Shown piece after piece: positions 37,412-47,949 of a stretch of DNA of 64,000 bases (the stretch's first letter is position 1; each line of letters opens with the position of its first letter). Source of the stretch: Vicinamibacteria bacterium (GTDB taxonomy: Bacteria; Acidobacteriota; Vicinamibacteria; Marinacidobacterales; Marinacidobacteraceae); contig OZ219816.1 of the NCBI GenBank assembly GCA_964291235.2, forward strand, positions 1 through 64,000, read 5' to 3'. The notes under the pieces were generated by a model. It saw only the letters and a list, made by a program, of their open reading frames with translations, did not search any database and was not told the DNA's origin. The position numbers and the translations under genes were made by a program.

Positions 37412-39826
37412 ATGAGACCCAACACTGTTGTCAGGAGCGGACTCGCAACCCTCCTGCTGATCGTGGGGAGTGCGGTTTCTGCGGCCGGAGCCGGCCCGGT
37501 CGAAGAGACCCCGGGGAGCACCGGGGTAGCGCCGAACGACGCGATGGCCAACCGCGTCGTCCGCAGTACCTGTGTCATGTGCCACAACGATCGGCTCATG
37601 ACGGGCAACATGTCGCTCCAGAACTTCGACGTGGCCAAGGCGGCCGAGCACGCCGATGTCGCCGAGGAGATGGTCCGGAAGCTGCGCGCCGGCATGATGC
37701 CGCCGCGCGGCGCCCGGCGGACGGGCAGCGAGGCGCTGTTGACGCTGGTCGAGACTCTGGAGCATCGCCTCGATGAGGCCGCCGCGCTGGCTCCGGACCC
37801 GGGCAACCGGCCTTTCCAGCGCCTCAACCGCCATGAGTACGCACAGGCAATCCAGCAGTTGCTGGACCTCGAGGTGGACGCCGGAGACTGGCTGCCGCTC
37901 GATCAGGTCAGCCACAACTTCGACAACATCGCGGAAGCCCAAACCCTCTCCCCCACGCTGCTGGAGGCGTACCTGAACGCGGCGAGTTCGATCAGCCGGC
38001 TCGCCGTCGGCCAGCGCAGCGGAAAAGCGGTGGATCACACCTACACCAACTCGCAGTACCTCTCGCAGCATCCGTGGGATCACGTCGAGGGCGCCCCCTA
38101 CGGGACGCGCGGTGGGCTGGTGGTGAATCACACGTTCGCGGCCGACGGCGAATACACCGTCGGGGTGACCTTCACTTCGGGGGCCAATGTCCGCATCGAG
38201 GATGTGGACGTCTCGATCGACGGAGAGCGCATCGCCCTTTTGGCCTACGACACCAACCGCCGGGTGGGCGCCGACGGCCGGGGCAGCGTCGTCACCCTGA
38301 CCCCCCGCGTCTCCATCCGGGCCGGTACGCGCCAGATCGCGGCCGCCTTCATCCGGCGACACCACGGGCCCTACGAGGATTTGATCCGCCCGCACGACTG
38401 GTCGTACGCCGGAGGCGGCTCCGGGGGAGCCGGGATCACCACCCTCCCGCACATCCGCGACGTCATCGTCACGGGTCCCTACAACGCGACCGGGCTGTCG
38501 GAGACGCCCAGCCGGCGTCGTATTTTCACCTGCCGTCCGACCACTCCCGACGAGGCGCGGCCATGCGCCGACCGAATCATCACGCGGCTGGCACGCGAGG
38601 CCTACCGGCGAAACGTCCACCAGGACGAAGTCGAAGGCCTGCTCGGATTCTTCGACCAGGGGAACGCCGACGGCGGTTTCGAGGTAGGCGTGCGGACGGC
38701 CCTCGAGGCGATGCTCGCGAGTCCGCACTTCGTGATGCGGCTCGAGCGAACTCCGGCGGATGCGCCGGACCGGGGCTACCGGCTCGGCGACACCGACCTT
38801 GCTTCGCGCCTTTCCTTCTTCCTGTGGGGCGCGCCCCCGGACGACGAACTCCAGGCGCTCGCGGACGGGGGCCTCCTGACCGAGGAAGAACTGGAGCGCC
38901 AGGCGCTCCGCATGCTCGCCGATCCGCGCGCGGCGGTACTGGGGCGGCGTTTCGCAGCGCAATGGTTCCGCCTGCAGGACATGGACAAGGTCAAGCCGGA
39001 TCCGAACTTCTTCCCGAACTTCGACGACAACCTGGCGCATGCCATGCGGCGTGAGACGGAACTCTTCTTCGCCCACCTGGTGCAGGAAGACCGGAGCCTG
39101 CTGGACCTCTTCGAGGCCGACTACACCTACCTCAACGAGCGGCTCGCGCATCACTACGAGATTCCGGGGGTCGCGGGCCGACACTTCCGGCGCGTCGAGT
39201 ATCCCGACGACACCCGCCGCGGAGTCTTCGGCCACGGCAGCGTCCTCGTTCTCACCTCGCTCGCCAATCGCACCTCTCCGGTGCTGCGCGGCAAGTGGGT
39301 GATGGAGGTGCTGCTGGGCACCCCGCCGCCACCACCCCCACCCGACACCCCGATCCTCGAGGACACCGCGGAAGTCGCTGACGGACGGCGGCTGACCACG
39401 CGGGAACGGATGGAGATGCACGCCGCCAACCCGAGTTGCAACTCCTGCCACCGGATGATCGACCCGATCGGGCTTTCGCTCGATAACTTCGACGTCACGG
39501 GCAAATGGCGGGTGCGCGAGAACGGCGGACCGCTGGACACCAGGGGCGACTTCTACGACGGCACGCCGGTTTCCAACCCGAGCGAGCTGGTGGGGGCGCT
39601 GCTGGGGCGGCCAATTCCGCTGGCGCGCACCTTCACCGAGAACCTGTTGGCTTTCGCGATCGGCCGGCCCATGGAGCCGTTCGATCAGCCCACCGTCCGC
39701 AAGATCGCCCGGGCTGCCGAGGCGAATGACTACCGCATGGCATCGTTCATCATGGACGTGATCCGCAGCGACGCCTTCCAGCGCAAACGGGGCGACCAAC
39801 CGAGCTCCGAAACCACCTTGCAGTAG
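37412..39826 (+). CDS. DUF1592/DUF1588-type (PSD/PSCyt) exported protein with two heme-c motifs
   Basis: CVMCH, RKLRAGMMPP, RLNRHEY, LASRLSFFLW, RTSPVLRGKWV, PPPPPP and CNSCHRMIDPIG. Confidence 0.9.
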   Translation: MRPNTVVRSGLATLLLIVGSAVSAAGAGPVEETPGSTGVAPNDAMANRVVRSTCVMCHNDRLMTGNMSLQNFDVAKAAEHADVAEEMVRKLRAGMMPPRGARRTGSEALLTLVETLEHRLDEAAALAPDPGNRPFQRLNRHEYAQAIQQLLDLEVDAGDWLPLDQVSHNFDNIAEAQTLSPTLLEAYLNAASSISRLAVGQRSGKAVDHTYTNSQYLSQHPWDHVEGAPYGTRGGLVVNHTFAADGEYTVGVTFTSGANVRIEDVDVSIDGERIALLAYDTNRRVGADGRGSVVTLTPRVSIRAGTRQIAAAFIRRHHGPYEDLIRPHDWSYAGGGSGGAGITTLPHIRDVIVTGPYNATGLSETPSRRRIFTCRPTTPDEARPCADRIITRLAREAYRRNVHQDEVEGLLGFFDQGNADGGFEVGVRTALEAMLASPHFVMRLERTPADAPDRGYRLGDTDLASRLSFFLWGAPPDDELQALADGGLLTEEELERQALRMLADPRAAVLGRRFAAQWFRLQDMDKVKPDPNFFPNFDDNLAHAMRRETELFFAHLVQEDRSLLDLFEADYTYLNERLAHHYEIPGVAGRHFRRVEYPDDTRRGVFGHGSVLVLTSLANRTSPVLRGKWVMEVLLGTPPPPPPPDTPILEDTAEVADGRRLTTRERMEMHAANPSCNSCHRMIDPIGLSLDNFDVTGKWRVRENGGPLDTRGDFYDGTPVSNPSELVGALLGRPIPLARTFTENLLAFAIGRPMEPFDQPTVRKIARAAEANDYRMASFIMDVIRSDAFQRKRGDQPSSETTLQ

Positions 39827-39837
39827 AGGAAACCTAC

Positions 39838-41247
39838 ATGTCCCTCATCACCGGAAAACACCTTCCTCGCCGGACCTTCCTCCGTGGAGCGGGCGCCGCA
39901 GTAGCGCTGCCCTATCTCGAGGCCATGTTGCCTGCGGGCCTTGGCGGCAGCAAGGCAGTCGCGGCGCCGACAGACGTGACGCGGCTCGTGTGCATCGAGG
40001 AAGTCCACGGGCTCCCCGGGTGCAACGAGTGGGGCGCCAGTCAGCACCTGTTCGCGCCAGCCACCGAGGGACGGGACTTCGAGCTGAAGCCGGAAAACGC
40101 GCTGAAGCCGCTCGAGCCCTACCAGGACTACCTGACCATCGTCAGCAACACCGACGTCCGGATGGCCGAAGCGTTCACCACCCCAGAGATCGGGGGAGAC
40201 CACTTCCGGTCGTCCGCGGTCTTCCTGACTCAGGCCCATCCGAAACAGACGCAGGGTTCCGATATCTGGTGCGGAACCTCGCTGGACCAGTTGTACGCGC
40301 AGCGGTTCGGCCAGGCCACCCCGATGCCGTCCATGCAGCTCTGCATCGAAAACCTGGATCAGGCCGGCGGCTGCACCTACAACTACTCCTGCGCTTACAC
40401 CGACTCCATCAGTTGGGCATCCCCGAACGAACCGCTCCCCATGATCCGGGACCCGCGGGTCGCCTTCGAGATGCTTTTCGGCGCCGGCAGCACTCCCGAG
40501 GAGCGCGCCGAACGCCGGGCCACGCGCCGCAGCATCCTGGACTGGATCCTCGGGGACGTCGCCGAAGTCCGTAACGAACTCGGCAACATCGACCGCCTCC
40601 GCATGGACCGCTACCTCGACCACGTTCGTGAAGTCGAGCGGCGTATCCAGATGATCGAAGGCCACAACGAGAGCGGCGGGACGCGGGAACTGCCGGACGC
40701 TCCTCCGGGTGTCCCCGACTCCTTCTCGGAGCACATGCAGCTCCTGTTCGATCTTCAGGTGCTCGCGCTGCAGACCGACATGACCCGGGTCATCTCGTTC
40801 AAGACCGGACGCGACGCCCAGAACCGCTCCTTCCCGGAGAGCGGCAGCACCTCACCCTTCCACCCAGCCTCGCACCACGGAAACAACGAAGAGCGGATCA
40901 TGGACTTCAACACGATCTGCCAGTACCGCATCGGCCAGCTCCCGTATTTCCTGGAGCAGCTCAAGAACACGGAAGAGGGAGGCGTTTCGCTCCTCGACAA
41001 GACGGCGATCATCTGGGGTTCGCCGATGGCCGACGCCAACATCCACAACCACCGGCGCGCGCCGCTGATCTTCCTGGGCCGGGCGAACGGGCACCTGACC
41101 GGCAACCTGCACGTGAAGGCGCCGGACGAGACGCCGATGGCGAACGCGATGCTCGCTCTGGTGCAGTCGCTCGGGCTCGAAATGGATTCCTTCGGTGACA
41201 GCAACGGCACCCTTCCGGTGTCGGAGCCGATGGTGGACACGGACTAG
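39838..41247 (+). CDS. DUF1552 (HxxSHH) protein with Tat signal
   Basis: RRTFLRGAGAAVALPYLEAM, SILD, YLDHVREVERRI and FHPASHH. Confidence 0.9.
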   Translation: MSLITGKHLPRRTFLRGAGAAVALPYLEAMLPAGLGGSKAVAAPTDVTRLVCIEEVHGLPGCNEWGASQHLFAPATEGRDFELKPENALKPLEPYQDYLTIVSNTDVRMAEAFTTPEIGGDHFRSSAVFLTQAHPKQTQGSDIWCGTSLDQLYAQRFGQATPMPSMQLCIENLDQAGGCTYNYSCAYTDSISWASPNEPLPMIRDPRVAFEMLFGAGSTPEERAERRATRRSILDWILGDVAEVRNELGNIDRLRMDRYLDHVREVERRIQMIEGHNESGGTRELPDAPPGVPDSFSEHMQLLFDLQVLALQTDMTRVISFKTGRDAQNRSFPESGSTSPFHPASHHGNNEERIMDFNTICQYRIGQLPYFLEQLKNTEEGGVSLLDKTAIIWGSPMADANIHNHRRAPLIFLGRANGHLTGNLHVKAPDETPMANAMLALVQSLGLEMDSFGDSNGTLPVSEPMVDTD

Positions 41248-41271
41248 CCGTCCGGGCCAAGGGGAAAACCA

Positions 41272-43143
41272 GTGCGCCTGACCGGAACTTCAAGACATCG
41301 AGCGGCCTGGGGCGCCGTCGTCGCGACGCTCCTCATCGCCGGGGTGGCGATCTCGTCACCGCCTGCGGCAGCCCCGGTGGCCGACGCCGCCCGGGTCGGT
41401 GACCTCGACGCGGTGCGGGAACTCCTCGCCCGGGGCGAGGATGCCAACGCCGCCCACGGGGACGGCATGTCGGCGCTTCATTGGGCCGCCGAGCAGGGTC
41501 ACGCGGAACTCGTTCGGACCCTGATCCAGGGCGGCGCCACGGTGGACGCGACCACCCGCATCGGAAGCTACACGCCGCTGCACGTGGCGAGCGCCGCCGG
41601 CCAGGCGGAGGTCGTGAGGCTGTTGCTGGAGGGCGGTTCCGATGCCGCCAGCACAACCAGCAACAGTGGAGCCACTCCGCTGCACCTCGCCGCGAATGCC
41701 GGGAGCGTTGACACGATCACCGCACTGATCGACCACGGCGCCGAGGTAGAGGCACGGGAGAGGACCTGGGGCCAAACGCCCCTGATTTTCGCCGCGGCCC
41801 GCAACCGCGTGGACGCGATCCGGGCCCTGCTGGAGCGGGGCGCGGACCCGAACGCCACTTCCAACGTCGTGGATCTGGTGACCGACTACGAACTCGCCGA
41901 GGCGGCGAAGAAGCGGCAGCGAGCCGTGCTGGAGGCTTTCGCCAGCGGTGAGGAAGAACCCAATTCAGCCGCGGTGCAGACGGCCGTGCTCGCGGCCCGC
42001 GAGTTCTATCTCGCCGGGGAGATTCCGCCGAAGGACGATGGCGAGGAAGATCCGTTCGCCGCGTTCCGGCGGCCGCAGCTCAAGTCCAAGGGGGGTCTGA
42101 CGGCCCTGCTCCACGCGTCGCGGCAGGGATTCCACGGCGCGGCTACCGCCCTCCTCGATGGAGATGCCGACATCAACCAGGCGTCTGCCGGCGACGCCAC
42201 CAGCCCGCTACTGATGGCCACCATCAACGGGCAGTTCGACATCGCGATGATGCTGCTTGAACGGGGCGCCGATCCCACGGTGGCGGCCAACGAGAACGGC
42301 GTGACGCCGCTGTGGGCGACCGTCAACGCCGAGTGGCAGCCTCGCACCCGGTTCCCGCAACCGCAGGAGCACGACCGGCAGGAGGCCACCTATCTGGACC
42401 TCATGCGGGCGCTTCTGGATGCGGGCGCCGATCCGAATGCCCGGATCACCAAGCACCCGTGGTACATGGTGTACAGCGGATGCGGCAACCGGAATTGCGG
42501 CCTCGCGGACACCGCCGGCTCGACTGCGTTCTGGCGGGCGGCCTACGCCACCGACGTGGCCGCGATGCAATTGCTGGCCGAGTATGGAGCGGATCCGAAC
42601 ATTCCAACCAAGGCGTCGGCGCCACGACGGCGGCGGGGTGGCACGACGACCGTGAACGCGGACGCGAAGGGTTCCCTCGCGGCCCTGCCGGCGGCTCCCG
42701 GCCTCTGGGTCCCAACCGACCTCACATCGATGGGACCGGATCCGTCGGGCCTCCCGCCGTACAAGGCTGGGGACCCCGGGGTGTATCCGATCCACGCCGC
42801 CTCCGGGGTGGGCTACGGTGAAGGCTTCGCCGGGAATGCCCATCGGCACGCGCCGGACGCCTGGCTCGCGGCTGTCCAGTACCTGGTGGAACTCGGGGCC
42901 GATGTGAACCAGCGCGATTTCAACGGCTACAACGCGCTCCATCACGCGGCCGCGCGCGGCGACGACGAAATGATCCTGTACCTGGTGGAGAAGGGATGCG
43001 ATGTCACCGCGGTGAGCCGGCGCGGCCAGACAACCGCCGACATGGCCAATGGCCCGGTCCAGCGGGTGTCGCCGATTCCCGAAACAGTGGCGCTGCTGGA
43101 GAGCCTGGGCTCAAAGAACAACCACAACTGCGTCTCGTGCTAG
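41272..43143 (+). CDS. Exported ankyrin-repeat protein
   Basis: Many TPLH/TALLH/TPL ankyrin repeats and a signal peptide, plus CGNRNC and terminal CVSC motifs. Confidence 0.92.
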   Translation: MRLTGTSRHRAAWGAVVATLLIAGVAISSPPAAAPVADAARVGDLDAVRELLARGEDANAAHGDGMSALHWAAEQGHAELVRTLIQGGATVDATTRIGSYTPLHVASAAGQAEVVRLLLEGGSDAASTTSNSGATPLHLAANAGSVDTITALIDHGAEVEARERTWGQTPLIFAAARNRVDAIRALLERGADPNATSNVVDLVTDYELAEAAKKRQRAVLEAFASGEEEPNSAAVQTAVLAAREFYLAGEIPPKDDGEEDPFAAFRRPQLKSKGGLTALLHASRQGFHGAATALLDGDADINQASAGDATSPLLMATINGQFDIAMMLLERGADPTVAANENGVTPLWATVNAEWQPRTRFPQPQEHDRQEATYLDLMRALLDAGADPNARITKHPWYMVYSGCGNRNCGLADTAGSTAFWRAAYATDVAAMQLLAEYGADPNIPTKASAPRRRRGGTTTVNADAKGSLAALPAAPGLWVPTDLTSMGPDPSGLPPYKAGDPGVYPIHAASGVGYGEGFAGNAHRHAPDAWLAAVQYLVELGADVNQRDFNGYNALHHAAARGDDEMILYLVEKGCDVTAVSRRGQTTADMANGPVQRVSPIPETVALLESLGSKNNHNCVSC

Positions 43144-43326
43144 CAGCCTGTGGCAAAACCCCCGCGGCGTTCGCCGGGCGATGCATCCCGGCTGAACCGC
43201 GCCTCTGCGAGGCGCTCATCGTTGCGTTTTGGTCGAAATACACCCGGTATTCCTCCCTCACGCGCCTTGTCAGCCGGGCGCCTCACCCGTCTCGGCGCTC
43301 ACGGGGGTTTCACCACAGGCCGCTAG
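43140..43326. mobile_element. MITE-like element with 25-bp terminal inverted repeats bounded by CTAG
   Basis: Left end CTAGCAGCCTGTGGCAAAACCCCCG versus reverse complement of the right end CTAGCGGCCTGTGGTGAAACCCCCG (22/25 identical). No transposase. Confidence 0.75.
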
Positions 43327-43328
43327 CC

Positions 43329-44084
43329 CTGTCCCGGCGCTGGACGGCGGCCGCGCTTCTGGTGGCGGGCACGCTTCCGGTGGCGGCCTCGGCGCAGGAG
43401 GCTCCGGAAGTAGCGCCCTGGATGGAAATGACCCTGGTCGGGGTAGATCCCGGCCAGGTGGACGAATTCCTGGCGGCGCAGCGGGAGTTGGCTTCGCTTG
43501 AAAAAGAGGCCGGCGTGCCCTGGCGCAGCGTCGCCCGGACCGCCGTATTCGGCGACACCTACCGGTTCGTGATCACGACCCCGCTTGTCCAGTTCGCGCG
43601 GCTCGATCGGCCCGGAAGCTCCGATCCGGCGCGCGCGAGCATCGAGAACCGTATCGAGCGCACCGTCACCAGCCACACCACCTTTGCGCTGCGGACGACC
43701 CCCGACCTCGACAACCCGCTCCCCGACGAGCGCGAACCGGCGCTCACCCTCGTCCAACGGGTCACCGTGGTGCCGGGACGGGAACAGGACTACATCAGGG
43801 TGATGGCCGAGGACGTGCTGCCACACTTCAAGGAAGCGAACATGCACCACGCTTCGGGCGCCTTGACGCTTGGCGGCGACAGCGGTTACGTGCACTTCTT
43901 TCACGTCGGGAACTTCGCGGCACTCGACCAGGGATCGCCCCTCGCTCGCGCCCTTGGCGCGGAAGGCGCCCTCGAGATCACTTCGAAACTTGCGGGAGTT
44001 CTCTCGCGTTCGGAGCAGTGGGTCGTCCGTTATCTTCCCGACATCAGCTTCCGGCCCGAGGTGGAAGCCGAAGGCGAGAACTGA
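43329..44084 (+). CDS. Hypothetical exported protein with two similar halves (NIPSNAP-like dimeric alpha/beta barrel?)
   Basis: Signal peptide RRWTAAALLVAGTLPVAASA. Repeated halves V(D/V)PG(Q/R)..(E/D)(F/Y) and F(A)xLD. Start codon unclear. Confidence 0.65.
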   Translation: MSRRWTAAALLVAGTLPVAASAQEAPEVAPWMEMTLVGVDPGQVDEFLAAQRELASLEKEAGVPWRSVARTAVFGDTYRFVITTPLVQFARLDRPGSSDPARASIENRIERTVTSHTTFALRTTPDLDNPLPDEREPALTLVQRVTVVPGREQDYIRVMAEDVLPHFKEANMHHASGALTLGGDSGYVHFFHVGNFAALDQGSPLARALGAEGALEITSKLAGVLSRSEQWVVRYLPDISFRPEVEAEGEN

Positions 44085-44238
44085 CGTCCCCGGGGCAAAG
44101 TTCGCCGTCCCGCCCCGGTGAACGGAATACGGGCCGGTACGTCGGGGAGTTTCGCGATCCTGCCGGGTCGCGATTCCGGCCTGGAGGCCGGCGCTCCGAG
44201 GCTCCCGCTACGCGGGACCCGGCTACAATGGCTGGCGC

Positions 44239-45513
44239 GTGCCTGGGAAGGGAAAGAGCCGAAGCGGCGGCCCCGCCGACAGCCTGAGTTGCTCGTTCTG
44301 CAACAAGCAACAGGGCTCGGTCGGCAAACTGATCGCCGGACCTGACCGAATCTTTATCTGCGACGAATGCGTTGCAATTTGCAACGACATCATCGCGGAC
44401 AAGGGCAAGGCTGCCACGCCGGGCCCGGACCGCAAGCGCCACCTGACGCCAAGCGAAATCAGGAAGCGCCTGGACGAATACGTGGTCGGCCAGGAAGAGG
44501 CGAAGAAGAAGCTTGCGGTCGCGGTGTACAACCACTACAAGCGGATTCGGCTCACCCGCAACACGGCCCGGGAGCCGGATTCCGTCGAACTAAGCAAGAG
44601 CAACGTGCTGCTGCTCGGCGAAACCGGCACCGGAAAGACCCTGCTCGCCCAGACGCTCGCGCGCATCCTGGACGTTCCCTTCACGATCGTGGACGCCACC
44701 ACTCTGACGGAGGCGGGATATGTCGGGGAAGATGTGGAGAACATCATCCTGAAGCTGCTCCAGGCCGCGGACGGAGACATCGCCCGGGCTCAGGAAGGCA
44801 TCATCTATGTGGACGAGATCGACAAGGTCTGCCGCAAGGACGAAAACCCCTCCATCACTCGCGACGTCTCGGGAGAAGGGGTCCAGCAGGCCCTCCTGAA
44901 GATCGTCGAAGGCACGCTCGCCAGCGTCCCCCCCCAGGGAGGGCGCAAACACCCGCACCAGGAGTTCCACCAGGTGGACACGACGAACATCCTGTTCATC
45001 TGCGGCGGCGCCTTCGTGGGTCTTGAATCGCTCATCGAACGGCGCATCGGGACCAAGGCGCTCGGTTTCGCCGCTGACGTACCGGAAAACGCCAAAGCCC
45101 GGCGGGAGGCCACCCTCGACCAGCAGCAACCGTCCGACCTGATCCGCTACGGGCTGATCCCCGAATTCGTGGGTCGGCTGCCGGTGGTCGCAACGCTCCA
45201 CAGCCTCGGCACGCAGGAACTGATCCGGATCATGACCGAACCGAAGAACGCCATCGTGAAGCAGTACCAGGCGCTGCTTCGCGACGAGGGCGTCGAGCTG
45301 ACGTTCACCGCGGAAGCTCTCGAAGCGGTCGCCGTCCGGGCTTCCGAGCGCGACCTTGGAGCTCGAGGCCTTCGCATGATCATCGAAAACCTCATGCTGG
45401 ATCTCATGTACGACCTCCCTTCCCGAAAGCAGGTGCGCGAGGTCGTGATCACCAGGGAATTCGTCACCGGGCAGGCCGACCCGGTGACCGTTCTTTCCCA
45501 AAAGGCCGGCTGA
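44239..45513 (+). CDS. clpX: ATP-dependent Clp protease ATP-binding subunit
   Basis: C4 zinc finger [34 protein letters not shown] and LGF loop. Confidence 0.97.
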   Translation: MPGKGKSRSGGPADSLSCSFCNKQQGSVGKLIAGPDRIFICDECVAICNDIIADKGKAATPGPDRKRHLTPSEIRKRLDEYVVGQEEAKKKLAVAVYNHYKRIRLTRNTAREPDSVELSKSNVLLLGETGTGKTLLAQTLARILDVPFTIVDATTLTEAGYVGEDVENIILKLLQAADGDIARAQEGIIYVDEIDKVCRKDENPSITRDVSGEGVQQALLKIVEGTLASVPPQGGRKHPHQEFHQVDTTNILFICGGAFVGLESLIERRIGTKALGFAADVPENAKARREATLDQQQPSDLIRYGLIPEFVGRLPVVATLHSLGTQELIRIMTEPKNAIVKQYQALLRDEGVELTFTAEALEAVAVRASERDLGARGLRMIIENLMLDLMYDLPSRKQVREVVITREFVTGQADPVTVLSQKAG

Positions 45514-45678
45514 CCCGGTGTCGTAGCCGGTGGATGCAATGACGTGCGCACCGAGCTCGGTAAGTCGCCCGGCTGACGAATGGCACCATTCGGCCGGGAT
45601 GGATCACCGGCTGAACGCCGCGTAACTTCATTCACCGGCTGCCAGGTCCTTCAGGACCCTTCTCTCTACTTCCCACCC

Positions 45679-46308
45679 ATGCCAAAAACCCCCCGCGACC
45701 GCGCCGTCTTCATCACGAGTGCCGTCACCCGCGCGGGCTTTCCGCCGCCCGCGCTTCCCGAGGTGGCGTTCGTGGGGAGGTCGAACGTCGGCAAGTCGAG
45801 TCTCCTGAATCGGCTCGTTGGTCAGCGGAGGCTGGCCCACGTTTCCCGGACTCCCGGACGCACCCGCATGGTCAACTTCTTTGAGGTTGTCGGTAGCCAC
45901 CGCCTCGTGGATCTTCCCGGGTACGGCTACGCGCGGGCGCCCGAGGCGCTCCGGGCCGGCTGGGAGGATCTGGTGCTGTCCTACCTGACTGCACGCCAGA
46001 GCCTCGTGCTGAATCTGCTCCTGGTCGATGCGCGGCGCGATCCGCTGGAGAGCGACCTCAGGGCACTCGAACTGCTTGGCTCCAGCGAGCGGCCGGTTGC
46101 CGTCGTGGCGACCAAAATGGACAAACTGAAGAGCGCGCAGGCCGCATCGACACTTCGTCAGCTTTCCGAGGCATTCGGCAGCGACGGCCGTCTCCCGGTC
46201 ATTCCGTGTTCCAATGTTCCGAGCAACAAGCGATCGCGAGATCCTGGCCGGGAAGGAATCGCCAGGATCCGGCAGTTGATCGCCGAACGGGTGGAGGCGT
46301 GGCGCTGA
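45679..46308 (+). CDS. engB: Ribosome biogenesis GTPase YihA/EngB
   Basis: GRSNVGKSS, SRTPGRT, DLPGYG and TKMDK. Confidence 0.95.
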   Translation: MPKTPRDRAVFITSAVTRAGFPPPALPEVAFVGRSNVGKSSLLNRLVGQRRLAHVSRTPGRTRMVNFFEVVGSHRLVDLPGYGYARAPEALRAGWEDLVLSYLTARQSLVLNLLLVDARRDPLESDLRALELLGSSERPVAVVATKMDKLKSAQAASTLRQLSEAFGSDGRLPVIPCSNVPSNKRSRDPGREGIARIRQLIAERVEAWR

Positions 46309-47660
46309 GTTCCGGCGCCGGGACAATCCGGCGTCGTTCCCGCAAGGTCTTCCGGGCCGGTCCCCGGGTGCTCGAGAAGGCCGCTCCGCCATCCGGTCCC
46401 ACGCTCTATACGGCGGAACTCGCTCGGATGAGCCCGGAGGACCTGCAGCGCGTGGCGGGCGATCTCGGGATCGATACCCCGGACGCGCTGACGCGGCAGG
46501 ACCTGCTCTACCGGGTGCTCGGCGCTCACACGACCCAGGGGGGACGGGTGGTCGCCCAGGGGACTCTGCACCGCCTGGTGGAAGGGTTCGGATTCCTGCG
46601 CTCGCCCATCAACTCCTATCTACCGGGTCCCAACGACGTCTATGTCTCACCCACCCAGATCCGGCGTTTCAACCTGCGGAACGGCGACATGCTGCTCGGG
46701 GATGTCCGCAGACCGCGACGTGGGGAGCGGTACTTCGGACTGCGGGACCTCGAACTGGTAAACGGGGAACCCGCGGTGGAGAATCCGGACCGGCCGGAAT
46801 TCGAGTCGCTCACCCCGCTCCATCCGGATCGGATCATCCGGCTCGAGAATGACTCCGGGGACCTGGCCGCCCGGGTGGTGGACCTCGTGGCTCCCATTGG
46901 AGCCGGACAGCGCGGACTCATCGTGGCGCCGCCGCGGGCCGGCAAGACCGTTCTCCTGCAGTCCATCGCCAATGGGATTCAGCGCAACCACCCGGACATC
47001 GAGTTGCTCGTGCTCCTCGTGGACGAGCGGCCGGAGGAAGTCTCCGACATGGCCAAGAACGTCCGGGGCGAAATCCTGAGCTCGACCTTCGACGAACGGG
47101 GTATCCGCCACATCCAGGTGGCCGAAGCGGCGCTCGACCGCGCCAAACGCCGGGTCGAGCTCGGCAAGGATGTGGTCATCCTGCTGGACTCCCTGACCCG
47201 ATTGGCGCGGGCTTACAACCACACGAAGGCCTCCGCGCAGGGCCGGCTGCTCTCCGGAGGCATGGACGCGACGGCCATTCAGTATCCGAAGAAGTTCTTC
47301 GGCGCCGCCCGCAACATCGAGGATGGCGGCTCGCTCACCATCCTGGCCACCGCGCTGGTGGATACCGGAAGCCGTCTCGACGATCTCGTATTCGAAGAGT
47401 TCAAAGGCACCGGGAACATGGAAATCCATCTCGACCAGCGGCTTCTCGAGCAGCGCCTCTTCCCCGCCATCGACCTGCACCAAAGCGGCACCCGGCGGGA
47501 GGAACTGCTGCTGTCTCCCGGGGAATTGCAGCGGATGGTGGTGCTCCGGCGTGTGCTCGCGTCCCTGGACGCTGTAGAAGCGATGGCGCTCGTCATCGAA
47601 AAAATGGGACAGACAGCGTCGAATGCCGCTTTCCTGGAGGCGATGACGGACTCGGAGTGA
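46299..47660 (+). CDS. rho: Transcription termination factor Rho
   Basis: [48 protein letters not shown] and [11 protein letters not shown]. Confidence 0.97.
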   Translation: MALSSGAGTIRRRSRKVFRAGPRVLEKAAPPSGPTLYTAELARMSPEDLQRVAGDLGIDTPDALTRQDLLYRVLGAHTTQGGRVVAQGTLHRLVEGFGFLRSPINSYLPGPNDVYVSPTQIRRFNLRNGDMLLGDVRRPRRGERYFGLRDLELVNGEPAVENPDRPEFESLTPLHPDRIIRLENDSGDLAARVVDLVAPIGAGQRGLIVAPPRAGKTVLLQSIANGIQRNHPDIELLVLLVDERPEEVSDMAKNVRGEILSSTFDERGIRHIQVAEAALDRAKRRVELGKDVVILLDSLTRLARAYNHTKASAQGRLLSGGMDATAIQYPKKFFGAARNIEDGGSLTILATALVDTGSRLDDLVFEEFKGTGNMEIHLDQRLLEQRLFPAIDLHQSGTRREELLLSPGELQRMVVLRRVLASLDAVEAMALVIEKMGQTASNAAFLEAMTDSE

Positions 47661-47669
47661 TCGCAGCCG

Positions 47670-47696
47670 CGGGGTTTCACCACAGGCTGCTAGTAT
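47670..47696 (+). promoter_or_regulatory. Solo MITE end fused to an extended -10 (TGC-TAGTAT) of rpmE
   Basis: CGGGGTTTCACCACAGGCTGCTAG nearly matches the right end of the 43140-43326 element. TAGTAT lies 13 nt before the ATG. Confidence 0.55.
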
Positions 47697-47709
47697 TCGC
47701 GCCCTTCAC

Positions 47710-47949
47710 ATGCGCGCCGGAATCCATCCCGAGTACGAGGACATCACGGTCACCTGTGCCTGTGGCACCAGTTTCGTGACCCGTTCCACTCGGGGCAGCG
47801 ATCTGCGGCTTGAGATCTGTTCCGCCTGCCATCCGTTCTTTACCGGGAAGCACCGGATCGTGGATTCGACCGGGCGCGTTGAACGGTTCCGCCAGAAGTA
47901 CGGCGAGGTTCGTTCGCGGCGGGCAGCCCAGGCGGGCGCCGCGCAGTAG
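47710..47949 (+). CDS. rpmE: 50S ribosomal protein L31 (Cys-containing, Zn-binding type)
   Basis: [13 protein letters not shown] and [10 protein letters not shown]. Confidence 0.97.
   Translation: MRAGIHPEYEDITVTCACGTSFVTRSTRGSDLRLEICSACHPFFTGKHRIVDSTGRVERFRQKYGEVRSRRAAQAGAAQ

Noticed and set aside
36671-39799. 1042-aa minus-strand ORF, and other long antisense ORFs (9279-11951, 52953-55358, 13663-15252, 28278-30017)
   Set aside because: Shadow ORFs opposite well-supported genes, typical of high-GC DNA, with no recognisable motifs.
45504-45645. Short CCGGCTGA repeats downstream of clpX
   Set aside because: Only 8-9 bp, GC-rich and irregularly spaced, so compatible with chance.
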